Positions 1 through 10,618 of a DNA stretch of 64,000 bases are shown piece after piece. The notes under the pieces are model-generated. The model saw only the letters and a program-made list of their open reading frames with translations, was not told the origin of the DNA and made no database searches. This DNA comes from an uncultured Spirochaetota bacterium (GTDB lineage: Bacteria; Spirochaetota; Brevinematia; Brevinematales; JAOACQ01), in NCBI GenBank assembly GCA_963835575.1, contig CAWIGG010000002.1, positions 1,568,001-1,632,000 of the forward strand, read 5' to 3'. How positions within the stretch are numbered: the first letter of the stretch is position 1; each line of letters begins with the position of its first letter. Position numbers and translations under genes: made by a program.

Positions 1-135
1 GAAAGCGTATATCCCGATCTCTTCGAAATGACCGGTGATGGAAAAGCCGCAGTTAAGAATCTATCCGCATATGACAAAGCTCTGGCGCAGGACGCTGCTA
101 ATCAATGCCCTGTAAACTGCATCACTATCAGCTAG
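1..135 (+). CDS. ferredoxin, 3' part (truncated by window start)
   Basis: Frame 1 reads ESVYPDLFEM...AQDAANQCPVNCITIS*, a typical monocluster ferredoxin C-terminus (CPxxxI). Confidence 0.8.
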   Translation, partial: ESVYPDLFEMTGDGKAAVKNLSAYDKALAQDAANQCPVNCITIS

Positions 136-140
136 AATAA

Positions 141-174
141 AAAACCGGCCATCTATTAACTGATGTCCGGTTTT
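141..174 (+). terminator. hairpin, possible intrinsic terminator between ferredoxin and serA
   Basis: AAAACCGG...CCGGTTTT inverted repeat right after the stop codon. Confidence 0.5.
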
Positions 175-197
175 CATTTAATAGAGGGAGGAAATAT

Positions 198-1793
198 ATG
201 ACTTTTAAAGTTCTTGTTACAGACAAACTGGATAAGGAAGGCGTAGAGCTGTTGAAATCCTATAAAGACCTGGAAGTAATAGAAAAGGAAACATTAAAAG
301 GCGATGCGCTGAAAGCTGAGCTGAAAGGTTATGATGCCATTATTGTCCGCAGCGACACAAAATTAACTAAAGATGTCCTGCAGGCTTCTGAAGGTTTAAA
401 AGTCATATCAAGAGCGGGCGTCGGCGTTGATAATATTGATGTGCCGACTGCCACAGAAAAAGGCATTGTCGTGATGAACGCCCCGATGGGGAATACGATC
501 TCGACAGCCGAATATACATTCGCGATGATGATTTCCCTTGCCAGAAAGATCCCTTTTGCCCACCTCAAAACAGCTATGCAGAAGGAATGGGATAGAAAAA
601 GCTTTAAAGGAGTCGAGCTCCTTGGAAAAAAGCTCGGTATTATCGGATTAGGCAGAATCGGAACGGAAGTGGCGAAAAGAGCCCGGGCCTTTGAAATGAA
701 GATTCTTGCCTATGATCCCTTTGTTTCTGAAGAATTCGCCGCGCAGATGGGCATAGAGCTGTGCACGCTGGAAAAAATCTATAAAGAAAGCGATTTTATC
801 ACGATCCATACTCCCCTGACAGAGCAGACAAAAGGAATGATCGGCAAAAAAGAAATAGAGACAATGAAGAAATCCGTGCGGCTTATTAACTGCGCACGCG
901 GCGGGATTATTGATGAGACAGCCCTCGCGGAAGCTTTAAAATCAGGAAGGGTCGCGGGAGCGGCAATAGACGTTTACTCAAAAGAACCCCCCCTCGATCC
1001 GCTGAATCCGCTTTTTGAAGCTCCCAATTGTATTTTAAATCCCCATCTCGGCGCCTCAACTTCCGAAGCGCAGTTTAATGTCGCTGTCGAAAGCGCCCAG
1101 ACTGTGGCAAATTTCCTGCTTCATGGAATGGTGGTCAATGCGGTCAATATGCCCTCAATCAGCAAGGAAGAATTTGAAAATTTGAAAGGTTATATTATTT
1201 TATCTGAAAAAATGGGCTCAATGATATCCCAGTGTATTGAAGGGCAGATTGAGGAAGTGACCATGACCGCCGCCGGCGATATAAAAGAAAAAGATCTGTC
1301 GCTTATCACAAGAGCGGCTTTAAAAGGCCTCTTTCAGAATTTTCTGGGCGACACAGTCAATTATGTTAATTCAACGGCAACTGCCAAATCACGGGGTATA
1401 AAGGTCAGACAGGAAAATGATGAGATTGAAACCGAATACTCAAATCTTCTTTCAATTACGATTAAAAGCGATAAAGAAACCATGAACCTCTGGGGAACTG
1501 TTTATTCAGGAAATCATGGAAAGATAGTGAAATTTAACAATTATTTCTTTGAAATAAACCCGAAGGGAACGCTGATTGTTCTGACAAATGAGGATAAGCC
1601 CGGCGTTATCGGAAAAATCGGCACAATCATGGGCGAAAACAAGATCAACATCGCCAGCATGCATGTTTCAAGAAACAGTACAGACGGCATTGCCCTGACA
1701 ATTCTGAATATTGATTCTGCTATTAAAGAAGAAATTTTAAAACTCCTGCAGAAGGTCCCGGAAATCACTAAACTGAAAATCATTAAATTATAA
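198..1793 (+). CDS. serA: D-3-phosphoglycerate dehydrogenase (with ASB/ACT domains)
   Basis: RAGVGVDN, GLGRIG, NCARGG and PHLGAST motifs, C-terminal ACT domain (DKPGVIG); RBS GGAGG. Confidence 0.95.
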   Translation: MTFKVLVTDKLDKEGVELLKSYKDLEVIEKETLKGDALKAELKGYDAIIVRSDTKLTKDVLQASEGLKVISRAGVGVDNIDVPTATEKGIVVMNAPMGNTISTAEYTFAMMISLARKIPFAHLKTAMQKEWDRKSFKGVELLGKKLGIIGLGRIGTEVAKRARAFEMKILAYDPFVSEEFAAQMGIELCTLEKIYKESDFITIHTPLTEQTKGMIGKKEIETMKKSVRLINCARGGIIDETALAEALKSGRVAGAAIDVYSKEPPLDPLNPLFEAPNCILNPHLGASTSEAQFNVAVESAQTVANFLLHGMVVNAVNMPSISKEEFENLKGYIILSEKMGSMISQCIEGQIEEVTMTAAGDIKEKDLSLITRAALKGLFQNFLGDTVNYVNSTATAKSRGIKVRQENDEIETEYSNLLSITIKSDKETMNLWGTVYSGNHGKIVKFNNYFFEINPKGTLIVLTNEDKPGVIGKIGTIMGENKINIASMHVSRNSTDGIALTILNIDSAIKEEILKLLQKVPEITKLKIIKL

Positions 1794-1822
1794 TCCGTTC
1801 AAGGAATGAAAAAGAGGCCGGT

Positions 1823-2464
1823 ATGAATACAACTTCAATGAAGGAATTGATTAAGCAGGAAAAGCTTGTTCCGATCCTGCGGACCAACTCGCCGGAAGTT
1901 GTTTTACCCATAGCTCAATCGGTTGTGGATGCCGGCTGCTGCATTCTTGAATATACAATGACAATTCATGGAATCATCAAGGAAATAGGGAAAGTCAAAT
2001 CAAAATACCCTGATCTCATCATCGGGCTGGGAACAGTATTGGAGAAGAAAGACGCCGAAGAAGCCATTCAAAACGGCGTCGATTTTATAGTCAGCCCGAT
2101 CCTCAATTACGATATTGTAGATGTTGTGAAATCGAAGGACAAAATGATCATGCTCTCGGGGTTCACCCCTACGGAGATATATAACGCCTATAAAGCCGGC
2201 TCCGATATCATAAAGCTTTTTCCCGCCAGCGAAATGGCGCCGACTTTCATACAAAAACTCAAAGGGCCTTTCCCCTTTATCGAAGTATTCCCGACCGGAG
2301 GTCTGGACTTGATATCAGCCATCCAGTTCCTTTCTTACGGCGCTATCGCGGTTGGAATGGGCAATACAGTATTTAAAACTGAATTGATAAAAAACAAGAA
2401 CTTTCAAGAAATAACCTGTCTGTTAAAGAATGCCTATCATAGAATAAAAAACATGGAAATATGA
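1823..2464 (+). CDS. eda: KDPG/KHG aldolase
   Basis: PILR, LEYT, GLGTV, FIVSP, TPTEI, IKLFPA and PTGG motifs. Confidence 0.85.
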   Translation: MNTTSMKELIKQEKLVPILRTNSPEVVLPIAQSVVDAGCCILEYTMTIHGIIKEIGKVKSKYPDLIIGLGTVLEKKDAEEAIQNGVDFIVSPILNYDIVDVVKSKDKMIMLSGFTPTEIYNAYKAGSDIIKLFPASEMAPTFIQKLKGPFPFIEVFPTGGLDLISAIQFLSYGAIAVGMGNTVFKTELIKNKNFQEITCLLKNAYHRIKNMEI

Positions 2465-2523
2465 TTTGATTATTTCTGAATCCGCCCTTTGGCAGATAAA
2501 TTCAGAATATAATCTTCCCGCTA

Positions 2524-2552
2524 TTGACTTTCAACTTCTGCTTTAGCATAAT
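2524..2552 (+). promoter_or_regulatory. sigma70-type promoter for pfkA
   Basis: TTGACT-N17-CATAAT. Confidence 0.55.
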
Positions 2553-2634
2553 AATATAGTTTAATTTTCTTTCAGGATTGTTACAAAAGCTTTGATTTTT
2601 GGAACAGGCTGTAATTTTTATAAAAAGGGTTTTT

Positions 2635-3705
2635 ATGGCAAAAAAAATGAAGATCGGTATCCTGACATCAGGCGGGGATTGCCCGGGGCTCAATGCCGCT
2701 ATCCGCGGCGTCGGAAAAACAGCCCTGCTCAATCATGGAATGAGTGTCATAGGCATTACATCCGGATTCCACGGACTTATCTATAACGAGACCGTCGAGC
2801 TTGATGAAAGGAAACTCTCGGGTATATTAACTGTCGGAGGAACAATCCTCGGCACATCGAGGGAAAAACCCTTTAAAACAACTGACTCAAAGGAAGCTTT
2901 AAACAAACCGGAGACCATCAAGAAAAATTATGATCTGCTCGGCCTTGACTGCCTGGTCTGCATCGGAGGCAATGGAACGCAAAAAACCGCTTATAAGCTG
3001 TCAAAAGAGGGTTTAAATATTATTGGAGTCCCGAAAACAATTGATAACGATGTCTGGGGCACTGATTTCTCGTTCGGCTTTGATTCGGCGATGTGCATAG
3101 CCACGGAAGCGCTGGATAGACTGCATACGACAGCCAATTCGCATAAAAGAATCATGGTAATGGAAGTAATGGGCCATCATGCCGGCTGGCTTGCACTCTA
3201 CTCCGGGATCTCCGGAGGCGGCGATGTGATCCTCATACCGGAAATCGAGTATGATATTCAGATCATTGCAAAATACCTGGAAAAAAGAGCTGCCACGGGA
3301 AAACCTTACTCGATCGTAGTTGTAGCGGAGGGGGTTTCCATTCCGGATACCGCTGTCTACAAAGACCAGAAAGGGGAATGTTTTTTCAGGACATCCCCCT
3401 GCGGCTACATCGCCCGTAAAATTGAAAGCATGACAGGATTGGAAACCAGAGAAACTATTTTAGGTTATATTCAGAGGGGCGGCACGCCCTCGCCCCGGGA
3501 CAGGATATTGGCCACACGTCTTGGCACTCATGCGGCGGAACTGATCGCCAGGAAAAAATATAACCGTATGGTAGCGCTGAATGGCATGGATATTACATCT
3601 GTACCGCTGGAAGATGTGGCCGGTAAAATTAAAACAGTCCCTCTTGATGATCCGCTGATCAAAGAAGCCCGCCTGATCGATACCTGCTTCGGGGATAAGC
3701 TGTAA
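2635..3705 (+). CDS. pfkA: 6-phosphofructokinase (PfkA family)
   Basis: LTSGGDCPGLN, GGTILGTSR, PKTIDND, EVMGH and LGYIQRGG motifs; start moved to ATG 2635. Confidence 0.93.
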   Translation: MAKKMKIGILTSGGDCPGLNAAIRGVGKTALLNHGMSVIGITSGFHGLIYNETVELDERKLSGILTVGGTILGTSREKPFKTTDSKEALNKPETIKKNYDLLGLDCLVCIGGNGTQKTAYKLSKEGLNIIGVPKTIDNDVWGTDFSFGFDSAMCIATEALDRLHTTANSHKRIMVMEVMGHHAGWLALYSGISGGGDVILIPEIEYDIQIIAKYLEKRAATGKPYSIVVVAEGVSIPDTAVYKDQKGECFFRTSPCGYIARKIESMTGLETRETILGYIQRGGTPSPRDRILATRLGTHAAELIARKKYNRMVALNGMDITSVPLEDVAGKIKTVPLDDPLIKEARLIDTCFGDKL

Positions 3706-3741
3706 AATAACACCCTGAAACACCAACTAAATAGGTTTTTT

Positions 3742-3856
3742 CCCGCGAATCACGCGAATCTGGTCAAATTTATATTTGTTATTATGAGCAGGTTTTACAA
3801 CGAACACAAATTAATCTCATTCTTACCTATTCGTGTCTATTAGCTTCATTAGCGGG
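3742..3856. repeat. CGCGAAT-type periodic repeat, empty open/close inverted pair
   Basis: CCCGCGAATCACGCGAAT ... ATTCGTGTCTATTAGCTTCATTAGCGGG between convergent pfkA and lptG; same family as 45271-45302 and 63694-63725. Confidence 0.7.
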
Positions 3857-3923
3857 TATTTTCCCATTTCGTGTCCATCCGCCTGGAATTAGAGGAATAT
3901 TTGGCAGGTTTTTTATTTTCGGT

Positions 3924-5216
3924 TTAAGTTTTCGCTTTTTTAAAAATATAAATCGAAGTGATCGCGAGAAATACCGTGCCCATTAATGCCCCCATTTCCG
4001 GTGTAATATTTCCTTTGCCGGCCAGCGAAATACCTATTGAGAAAAAGAGGTAATACACAACAAAAAGGGCCATGCTGAGCATCAGATTAATGATAAAGGA
4101 ATATTTTCTGCGGGACATATCCACGATCCCGATCCCGGCCAGCACAACAAATATTATGCCCAGAGGATAGGTGAAATTCGACAGATACCTGGCCTTCTGT
4201 TCTTTATAATCCTGTTTAGACTTAACAAGCTTTTCAATATACCTGGCCCCTTCCTCATATGTCATCGCGTCTATCGCATACCAGACCCTTTCAAAATAAT
4301 AGGGGGGATCCGAAATGAAATCAAACGTTTCGTTTGTAAAAGCCCTGACAATAAAGCTTTCTCCCGCATTTTCTATAGTCCTGATAATACCATGTTCAAA
4401 AATCCATTTTCTTGCATTTAAATCCCATATGGCTTTATTCGCATCAATCCGTAAAGATATGTTGACATTTTCCGGATAGACAAGGTTCCTTTTTTTTGTC
4501 AGTTCTTCCGCATTGGTTATAAGCCACATATTCTGGTTAGAAATGTATTCCTCTGCTTTTCTATCATTATTATCATTTTTTAAACGGATAATTGTAATAT
4601 TTTCCATCTCGCTTGATACAGCATGATAATACCCGACAATATAGATCAGATTATTCGAGCCGAATACTGAGAAATTTTGATTGTCCTTCAAGGATACAAG
4701 GGCTTTCTGATCCACTTTATGGAATATAATCTGGTTTAGAATGTTTTTTTTCTGATTTGCAGGAAAGATAATTGCATTTTGAAAATATAAAATCATGAAT
4801 AAACAATAAATTACAGTAAAAAGCAAGGGATAAAAGCTGATCCTGTAAATACTTGTGCCGGTGCTGACAATAGCTGTTAATTCTTTAAATTGGGCCATTC
4901 TGCTTAAGACATAGACAGTAGCGAATAAAAAGGAAAAAGGCTGCAAAATACAGGTCCAGTAAACACCGTAAAAAAAATAATATTGAAATATAAGAAAAAC
5001 ATCCGTCCCGGGCGGAAGCCATCTTAATTCGGTAAAAATCTGGGTCAGAATATAAATGGAGATGAAAAAGAACAATGAAACTATAAAAGATGAAACGAAT
5101 ACAGTGAGGATATAACGGTCTAATACAGTGAAGCGATAATATTTCATTTTCTCTTTTATCTTATCAAGCATAGCCGGGAAATCTATTGTTATCATCTCCG
5201 GGATTTTTATATCCAT
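3924..5216 (-). CDS. lptG: LptF/LptG family permease (LptG-like)
   Basis: LDRYI start of TM region, ELTAIVSTGTS motif, 3+3 TM layout, tandem with lptF; start estimated. Confidence 0.8.
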   Translation of the reverse strand: MDIKIPEMITIDFPAMLDKIKEKMKYYRFTVLDRYILTVFVSSFIVSLFFFISIYILTQIFTELRWLPPGTDVFLIFQYYFFYGVYWTCILQPFSFLFATVYVLSRMAQFKELTAIVSTGTSIYRISFYPLLFTVIYCLFMILYFQNAIIFPANQKKNILNQIIFHKVDQKALVSLKDNQNFSVFGSNNLIYIVGYYHAVSSEMENITIIRLKNDNNDRKAEEYISNQNMWLITNAEELTKKRNLVYPENVNISLRIDANKAIWDLNARKWIFEHGIIRTIENAGESFIVRAFTNETFDFISDPPYYFERVWYAIDAMTYEEGARYIEKLVKSKQDYKEQKARYLSNFTYPLGIIFVVLAGIGIVDMSRRKYSFIINLMLSMALFVVYYLFFSIGISLAGKGNITPEMGALMGTVFLAITSIYIFKKAKT

Positions 5217-5221
5217 AATTG

Positions 5222-6565
5222 CTATTCCCTTATTTTTATAAAGAGGAGAATGAGACCGGCGGAAACAAATATTATATTGGGGATCCATTCAGTTACAGGC
5301 GGCAGTATTTGTTTCAAAATCAAATTCTCAGTTCCGACTTTCATCCCGTAGAAGAGGAGCATAATAATAATACTGAGCCCAAGCCCTTCATTTCTTCCGC
5401 TTCTTGCGGAAAACATACCGAGTGAAAGGCTGATGAGAGCGAAACCAAGCGACGCGATCGGCAGGGCGAATTTTTCATAAAGTTTCATAATGTAATAATT
5501 AGGAAGATTTTTTCTGTAATTTGAGATGTTTTTGTCAATAACATCTAATTCGGATTTGTATGTTTTTAATTTTTCCTCAAATTCTTTGCTCTTTTGAAGT
5601 ATTTCTTCTTTTGATAATTTAACCGTATCCAGAGAATATTTCTTTTTAAAATCTTCTACATCCTTTAAAAGCTTATCTTTATCCTTTATATAGGTATCGA
5701 TCTGGTTGAGAGAACTTTTTGACTGTGAGGCTATTTCCACGGCCAATTCCTTGAAAGTCATCGTATCCGGACCTTTAGTATAATATTCCTTCGGCAGACT
5801 CAGATAAGTATGTATTGAAAGAAACCTGAAAGAGGCCAGAAAAAACTTTTCATCTTCCTTATCTCCTCCCAATTTTGACTTGATCACTTCCGAAATACTG
5901 CCGTTCATAAACTTAAAAATATAGTGTTCCGGGTTTTCGGGATCAGTAAAAATCCTGCCCTTTTCAGCCTCTATGGTTTTCCTTCCGTTAATGTCAATTA
6001 TATGCACATTATAAAGTACATCCATATTATTTTCTATTGTGTTTTTTTCATAAACTATTTTATATCCGCCGATCTCAACAAATTTATTTTCCTTCAATTC
6101 AACGGCCGGTTTTTGAGCGATCAATTTAGCTCTCAGTTTAATGTAAGTAAGGTTGCTGGGAACTACTACTTTATCCATAAAAACAAAGGAAAAGAGAGTG
6201 ATGATAATACCCACGACCAGGCCCGGCCTTATAATCCTCATTGTTGAAATACCGCAGGACTTCATCGCAGTAATTTCGCTGTCCTGTGAAAAACGGCCCA
6301 GAGTGAGCAGATAGGCCGGCAGTATGCCGAACGGTATGGTTAAGGATAAGATAAAAGGGACCTCATTAATAAGAAGCATGAATACCTGCCCCAGGGGAAC
6401 ATTGTATTCAATATAAAACCGGATAAGAAAAAACAGTTCATTCAGCATCATTAGAATAGTGAAAAAGACCAGCCCGAACAAATAATTCGGCATAAGTTCT
6501 TGATAAAAATAATTATCTATTTTAGAAAAAAAGAGGCGCTTTAATGTTTTTCGAAGCTTTTCCAA
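5222..6565 (-). CDS. lptF: LptF/LptG family permease (LptF-like)
   Basis: IDNY, GRFSQDSEITAMKSCGIS, KFALP and WIPNIIF motifs. Confidence 0.85.
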   Translation of the reverse strand: MEKLRKTLKRLFFSKIDNYFYQELMPNYLFGLVFFTILMMLNELFFLIRFYIEYNVPLGQVFMLLINEVPFILSLTIPFGILPAYLLTLGRFSQDSEITAMKSCGISTMRIIRPGLVVGIIITLFSFVFMDKVVVPSNLTYIKLRAKLIAQKPAVELKENKFVEIGGYKIVYEKNTIENNMDVLYNVHIIDINGRKTIEAEKGRIFTDPENPEHYIFKFMNGSISEVIKSKLGGDKEDEKFFLASFRFLSIHTYLSLPKEYYTKGPDTMTFKELAVEIASQSKSSLNQIDTYIKDKDKLLKDVEDFKKKYSLDTVKLSKEEILQKSKEFEEKLKTYKSELDVIDKNISNYRKNLPNYYIMKLYEKFALPIASLGFALISLSLGMFSARSGRNEGLGLSIIIMLLFYGMKVGTENLILKQILPPVTEWIPNIIFVSAGLILLFIKIRE

Positions 6566-6582
6566 GCCAATTCCCCCGTTAT

Positions 6583-7188
6583 TTAATTCGCAATATGCTT
6601 AAAAATAGACATAATAATATAGACAATGCTTATGACTAAAGTAAAGAGTGAAAACAAAAACGGCGTGAAATAAAGAACTACTGATCCGAAATTACTTATT
6701 ACGGAACAAAGCGCTATCGCTTTTATTTTTAATATTATATTGAATACTGTAACGATAAGGATAATCAGCCCGTAAATAATTGTAAAAACAGATGGAAAAT
6801 AAGAAAAAATAATTGAAAGAGGCAGTAAGACGACAAAAATAAAATCAGATGTCAGAAAAAGCCCGATCAATTCCCTTAATTCCGTTTTTTTATTGGATAA
6901 TGTAAGTAAAAAATAATAGATCGCCAGCGAGATAAAATATAAAAGATATATTATCAGGAGATAAAAAAATATATCAATCATAATACCTGACAAACTATTC
7001 CCGGCAGTATTTACCGATAACTTGTTGGACAGCAGCAGACAGACATTCCCCAGGAGGGATATCCAGAAAGAAAAAACAAGAATCTTTTTGTTTTCTTCGC
7101 TTTTGATTCCTTCCAGCATTTCTCTTAAGGTCTTAAAAGGATGAAAAAACAGCCTGGGTAAATAAGCCAAATAATTATAGAAATCCAT
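6583..7188 (-). CDS. Yip1-like multi-pass membrane protein
   Basis: FFHPFKT motif followed by about 5 hydrophobic segments; lies in an operon with sppA and lptF. Confidence 0.55.
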   Translation of the reverse strand: MDFYNYLAYLPRLFFHPFKTLREMLEGIKSEENKKILVFSFWISLLGNVCLLLSNKLSVNTAGNSLSGIMIDIFFYLLIIYLLYFISLAIYYFLLTLSNKKTELRELIGLFLTSDFIFVVLLPLSIIFSYFPSVFTIIYGLIILIVTVFNIILKIKAIALCSVISNFGSVVLYFTPFLFSLFTLVISIVYIIMSIFKHIAN

Positions 7189-7199
7189 AATGCACCTGC

Positions 7200-8207
7200 C
7201 TAATATGTATAAAGATAAAATACCGGGCAATTATTATTGTCCAGCTCTTCAATGGGAGTCTTGATAATGCTGACCTTCTGAGTCCTGAGAGCTATATCAG
7301 ATAAAGAACCAAGGTATTTGAATATATTATTAATATCCGCTTTCAGTTCGACTACATTCGGCGTACCGCTTATCTTTGCCTTTTCCGCTGTAATCCTGAC
7401 AGTGTCTTCAAAATCGCCCAGTTCATCTACAAGCTTGTATTTTAGCGCCTGCCTTCCTGTAAAAATCCTGCCGTCCGCAATAGGAGCAAGCTTTTCAGAA
7501 GATATTTTTCTTCCCTTCGATACGGCCTGAAAAAACTGGCCGTAAGCGTCCATAATCAGCTGGGTCATGATTTCCCGCTCCTCGTCGGTCATTTTTCTAT
7601 AGCTGGACATCATATCCTTGTTCTTTCCGCTTTTAATGACATTATATCCAATCCCTATCTTTTTAAACAATTCAGACAGATCAAGGCCCGCTGAAATGAC
7701 GCCTATGCTGCCGACAATGCTTCCCGGGTTTGCAACAATATAATCAGCGGCGCTTGAAATATAATAAGCTCCTGAAGCCGCAAGGTCGCCAACCGATACT
7801 GTCACCACCTTCCCTTTTTCCCTCAAGCGCCTGATCTCATTATAAACTTCCTGGGTAGCCGCCACTGTCCCGCCGGGTGAATCGATCCTTAAAATCACCG
7901 CTTTGACATTGGGATTATATTCAATAGATTTCAGCAAGTCCACCCAGTATATAGCCCCGCTTCTCCTTATACCGAAATAATCGCTTTCATCACCGTAAGA
8001 AATAGGCGAAAAAATATTCAGAACGGCAATTGTATCCGCCTGGTAAAGAGAGGCGCCGATCAAACCGCGCTTCTTGTCTTTATTAAATAATACGCCCTCT
8101 TTTCTATCTTTATCTGAAGGGCCTATAACAAGTATCAGGACGCCTATTACAATTGAAATGAGCAAAAGACCCATTAAAATTCTTCCGCTTGTTTTTGTTC
8201 CTGTCAT
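7200..8207 (-). CDS. sppA: signal peptide peptidase SppA (S49)
   Basis: IDSPGG, AASGAYY, GSIGV, KSGKNKD and DGRIFTG motifs. Confidence 0.93.
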   Translation of the reverse strand: MTGTKTSGRILMGLLLISIVIGVLILVIGPSDKDRKEGVLFNKDKKRGLIGASLYQADTIAVLNIFSPISYGDESDYFGIRRSGAIYWVDLLKSIEYNPNVKAVILRIDSPGGTVAATQEVYNEIRRLREKGKVVTVSVGDLAASGAYYISSAADYIVANPGSIVGSIGVISAGLDLSELFKKIGIGYNVIKSGKNKDMMSSYRKMTDEEREIMTQLIMDAYGQFFQAVSKGRKISSEKLAPIADGRIFTGRQALKYKLVDELGDFEDTVRITAEKAKISGTPNVVELKADINNIFKYLGSLSDIALRTQKVSIIKTPIEELDNNNCPVFYLYTY

Positions 8208-8216
8208 AACATACTC

Positions 8217-9116
8217 CTATTTTTTGAAGAGTGTCTGCTTCGTTGTTTTATTATACAGCTTGAGGTATTTATTCAAATCTCTCATAAAATACTGGTCTTT
8301 AAAAATGTCTTTGAATGAATAATTTTCAATTTCTTTTGAAAAATCGCCTTCGGTATCGTTAATTTTTTCGCCCACGGTTTTCTGCCAGTTATCATTATTA
8401 AATTCAAAACCGGCCAGTTTTATAACTGTGTTTTTACCATACTTTCCTATCAGATAACGCGTAAATTCCTCAGATTCGGGTATGATAACAATTCTTGTGA
8501 ATATGTTTTCAAGCTCGCTTAAATTAAAATACCTTTCTTCCCTTGAATAAAATTCCTGGATTGACACGAATGTAATCTCTTTTAACAGATAATTGACCGT
8601 ATAGGCATACACCTGCCGCAAATCATCGTCTGATAACTGATATTTCATCAGCACATCATCAATTTCTTTAATTTTAAAAATCTGACTGAATTCATTCGTC
8701 AAAGGTCCATTTTGAAGATTTTTATTATTTTTTAGATCTTTTATTAGATCCGCCCATTCTATTTCAATGACCCCGTATTTCAACAGTTCATTTTTCCAAT
8801 CGGCAAACAGATAAGTCCCTATTGTATAAAAAAAACTGTAATAATCAGAGTTAAACGGTACCCGGAGAGTATTTATCTCTTTTTGATTGACATAAGGATA
8901 AAACCGCAGAAGGGTACTGTCAATAAACGGTACGAGCTTCAAAGCGTTTTCTTTATCTCCGGAATAAGCGACCTCCAATATCGGCATTGAACTCTCATCC
9001 CGGCAAACAATGATTTTTTGATTTCCGCTGACATTATCCTTCTCAATATTGAAGCTGTTGCGGGAACAGGCGAAGAAAAAAGCACATAAAAGAAATAAAA
9101 CAATCCGTTTTTTCAT
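8217..9116 (-). CDS. hypothetical lipoprotein
   Basis: MKKRIVLFLLCAFFFAC lipobox-type signal peptide; long ORF. Confidence 0.65.
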   Translation of the reverse strand: MKKRIVLFLLCAFFFACSRNSFNIEKDNVSGNQKIIVCRDESSMPILEVAYSGDKENALKLVPFIDSTLLRFYPYVNQKEINTLRVPFNSDYYSFFYTIGTYLFADWKNELLKYGVIEIEWADLIKDLKNNKNLQNGPLTNEFSQIFKIKEIDDVLMKYQLSDDDLRQVYAYTVNYLLKEITFVSIQEFYSREERYFNLSELENIFTRIVIIPESEEFTRYLIGKYGKNTVIKLAGFEFNNDNWQKTVGEKINDTEGDFSKEIENYSFKDIFKDQYFMRDLNKYLKLYNKTTKQTLFKK

Positions 9117-9195
9117 TTCCTGTTTCCTCACTGGTTTTAATACATAATCATTTTAAAACGGTTTTTGAATTATATCAAATCCTTTCTTTAGTTAA

Positions 9196-9252
9196 TATCC
9201 CTCATCAGTTTGTTTGTTTCCAGGGTAGGGCCGGACAAACTTGTGAGGGATA
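9196..9252. repeat. REP-like palindrome (TCCCTCAYCAGTTTG family), copy 1
   Basis: TATCCCTCATCAGTTTG...CAAACTTGTGAGGGATA; homologous to 33891-33960. Confidence 0.7.
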
Positions 9253-9409
9253 AAAGGAATAAGCTGAAATTGGTTAAATATTTTATACATAAGCAATTGT
9301 ATAACTTTGCTTCTTTGTTTCGGCATATTTTATTATTTAAAATTATTACTGGACTTTTAGGCATATCGTAATTAAAATGTATATTATAATCTAAATTCAG
9401 GAGCTTCAA

Positions 9410-10618
9410 ATGAAGAATAATGCCTCCATTATACCTCAGGTAATTAGATATCACCCTCTGGTCGGGTTAGAGCTTATGAAAGGTTTTTCCTCTTTAAATA
9501 GAGCCCGTTTTATCGACTACCGCTTCGGCAATGGAAAATCCAGCGTCATTCCCCTCATCACTTTTAAGATCACCCCGCTCTGCAACCTTCATTGCGTTAT
9601 GTGCGGGCAGAACGGCGTGAAAGGAACTCTCAAAGACAGGGCCTCAAAAGAAGCCGAAACCCTTGTCTCTTTGGAAAGATACAAAAAATTAACCGACGAA
9701 GTCGCCGGAAAAACCAATGTGTTTTATATGTGGGGCGGCGAACCGTTTTTGTACCCGGACTTTATGGACCTTGCGGAATATATGGCGAAAAAAGTCCTCT
9801 TTACGGTTAATACAAACGGGACCCACCTTGTCGACAATGCCGAAAGGATCGTGCGTGATAAATGGCACGGCATATTTATTTCACTTGACGCTTTTGAGGA
9901 TGTCAACGACACAATCCGGGGCAAAGGGAATTATCAGAAAGTCATAAACGGTATTGAGGCCATTAACAGGGAAAAGGAAAAACAAAAAGCCACCATGCCG
10001 TACATGGTCATTGTGACAACAGTCAGCAATCTGAACTATAAATACCTGGACAAACTGGCGGCGGCGCTCGCCAATAAAGGCCTTGCATGGCATATCATCA
10101 ACCTGGGGACCTATATTACCGAAGACATAGGTGAAGAGCAGAAAAAATGGTTGAAAGAAAAATTAGGGATTGATCCTGTATACTGGAAGGGATTTACCAG
10201 CGGCTATAATGAAGGCATTAACGGCAATGAATTCTCCAGAATCCTGGACAAGGTCCACAGCTATAAAAACGGCTATCCTATTATTACCGTTCCTGTCATA
10301 AAACCGAATAAGATTGGTATTTACTATTCCGACCTGAAGACCATCGTCAATGACCGCTGTTCGGCGCCATGGTTTTCCGTTAATATAAATTATAACGGGG
10401 ATGTGCATTTCTGCGCGGATTATCCGGATTATATAGTCGGCAATATTAAAAATGACTCCCTGATGAATATTTATAATAATGAAAAAGCCGTCAAATTTAG
10501 AAAGGCTTTGAAAAAGAGCCCCTATGGTCTCTTCCCTGCCTGCAACCGCTGTTATCAGCTGATGCTCTGCGGCCGGAAAAGAGGCAAATTCGCTAAGGCT
10601 TCTTATGCCCGCCAGTAA
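9410..10618 (+). CDS. radical SAM protein with SPASM/Twitch-like C-terminal domain
   Basis: CNLHCVMC, WGGEPF and NTNG motifs; C-terminal CSAPW...FCAD...CNRC. Confidence 0.88.
   Translation: MKNNASIIPQVIRYHPLVGLELMKGFSSLNRARFIDYRFGNGKSSVIPLITFKITPLCNLHCVMCGQNGVKGTLKDRASKEAETLVSLERYKKLTDEVAGKTNVFYMWGGEPFLYPDFMDLAEYMAKKVLFTVNTNGTHLVDNAERIVRDKWHGIFISLDAFEDVNDTIRGKGNYQKVINGIEAINREKEKQKATMPYMVIVTTVSNLNYKYLDKLAAALANKGLAWHIINLGTYITEDIGEEQKKWLKEKLGIDPVYWKGFTSGYNEGINGNEFSRILDKVHSYKNGYPIITVPVIKPNKIGIYYSDLKTIVNDRCSAPWFSVNINYNGDVHFCADYPDYIVGNIKNDSLMNIYNNEKAVKFRKALKKSPYGLFPACNRCYQLMLCGRKRGKFAKASYARQ

Noticed and set aside
9253..10618. Radical SAM/SPASM enzyme as a RiPP maturase
   Set aside because: No plausible precursor peptide, transporter or RRE gene is adjacent.
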